This document shows positions 62,278 through 64,000 of a DNA stretch of 64,000 nucleotides, piece by piece. The position numbers and the translations under genes are program-made. Origin of the DNA: Stylophora pistillata (lineage: Eukaryota); contig NW_019218016.1 of the NCBI RefSeq assembly GCF_002571385.2, positions 178,011 through 242,010 of the forward strand, read 5' to 3'. The notes below the pieces were generated by a model. It saw nothing but the letters and a program-made list of their open reading frames with translations. It was not told the origin of the DNA and ran no database searches. Numbering within the stretch: position 1 is the stretch's first letter; every line of letters starts with the position of its first letter.

Positions 62278-64000
62278 GTAGGTGACATTGAAATTGTGAG
62301 TTTTCTGCATATTTCTCGCTTTCGGGTTACATAAAATTAAGGTTGAGCGATTAGCCACGTTCTACCGTAAACCGTACTCTATATGTCATGATAAAGTATG
62401 GAATGAAACAATGTGATCAGAATATTTAAGACTGTAAGGAGCGGAAATTAGCGAGAGGGTGTGTTACATTCTACAAAGCGGTTTCTGACCCATAGAAAAA
62501 CATTTCATCGTTTTAAAAAATAACGATGCCTAATATTACAAAGATAAACGCAAAAAAGGTAATTCTGTTTACGTAAATAACATGAGTAAATTAACATAAA
62601 AGAAATAGCATCATATTGAAATTCGTAAAATAAACGAGAGAAAATTCTATTACCACCGCAAAGAAAACTTCAACAGTAAAGTTTTTACTGGCTTTCTTTG
62701 TAACCACAGTTTGATCTTGTCACGCAACGCGCGAGGATTCTTGCTTTGCGGGACGGGATCATGCTATGGTCTTCAAGGAGACTAGATTTTTACCAAATAT
62801 AACTTGATTTGCCTTGGAAATCTTTCATCAGGTGAGAGTTTCGCTCAGGAATAAACGGAAACTGATGAGGAGAAACTTGTTGCATCCACACATATCATCC
62901 GAGGAGTTTTCTGATTAGTAGAAATAAAATATTTAATTTAATATCTAACTTAAAGATACTGGAGACAATTTTATAAATACTAAGCATGTGGCTGTTTCTA
63001 AAATTTCTGATTCAAAATGACATTAAAAAGCACAAGCATTGTTAATTTTAATAAAGAATTACTAAATAAAAAATTAATAATTGTGATTGAATGATTTAAT
63101 AAAGGTGCAATTCCAAACTTGGAAAAGTGATGAAAGGCGGTAATGAAGTATTTTACGAACTATCATTTAAAATAATACATGTATTCGGTAATTCTCTATG
63201 TCTTTTCTTTATACACATTTTGGTCTTGTGTCGAGAGAATCTTTTTAAAGAATAACAAGACGTAGCCTTTTTCACACTGTTATCCTTTCAAATTTTCAGT
63301 TCCTTCAGCCTCAAAAATATGAAATAATACCTTTATAAGCAAAGTCATTTTGGCTGATAATAATCATTTTTGTTACTCTGTGTAAGACCCGTCGTGTTTT
63401 ATAAACGGCAAAATTTACCCAACATAGCTCTTTATTTTCAACGAAGAAGATCGAGTTTTACTTTGTTTATGATAACTTAAGCCCTTTAGGCTTCAGGGTT
63501 TTGTGTGTGTTTTTAGTAAACGGGTTTGTAATTCAAAAACTTTAGTATCTTAGCTCGTTTTAAGAAACTTAACAAATTAAACATGCATTTGTTATAAATA
63601 ACCTCAGTAGTTCTTTGTTTTATTTGTAAGACTGAAATAAAGATTTCGCTACTACGTTTGTAATAACATTCAGACGTTTAGCGACTAATCTACAAAAATA
63701 AACTAATCATGGTTAAAATAAACGATTTAAGTGAAAGATTTTTCCAGTGTTAGCTATAAACCCTTTGAACACTTTTAACTAAAGTCAAATGAATATAAGA
63801 TGATCTGGCTAATATGGCTTTAGAAACTCCCTACGTTGGCCAATTTACCTTACTCAGACAACGACGATGCTGCACCACAGTTTCCATAGAAACGTACCTC
63901 CATGGTATAGATTCAGGTTTTGTTAAACAATCGCAGAACCTTGCCCTAATAACCGATCCCAGGGCTCAAGGGCCAATACTTCAAAAGGGAACTCGAGAAA

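Overview
AT-rich, intron-rich animal genomic DNA. The repeat families and gene content suggest a cnidarian, probably a scleractinian coral (inference). Five spliced genes can be built by hand with GT-AG junctions. On the minus strand: LARP1 (3' end off-window), a soluble guanylate cyclase (sGC) beta1-like gene (~625 aa), an sGC alpha-type gene directly upstream of it (~782 aa), and FBXO8. CEP135 is on the plus strand, head-to-head with FBXO8, with its 3' end off-window. The most interesting feature is the tandem sGC pair. The two cyclase domains are complementary (alpha-type and beta-type halves of one active site), yet both subunits carry an apparently intact heme-binding H-NOX domain. The alpha subunit also ends in an alpha2-like PDZ ligand (ETTL). 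This suggests a possible two-heme, scaffold-anchored gas sensor resembling the ancestral state. Other observations: Penelope-type minimal hammerhead ribozymes in palindromic intronic elements; a MITE end supplying the beta stop codon; a tandemly multiplied in-frame 5' splice site and a duplicated exon in CEP135; and many MITE, SINE, LINE and Helitron remnants.
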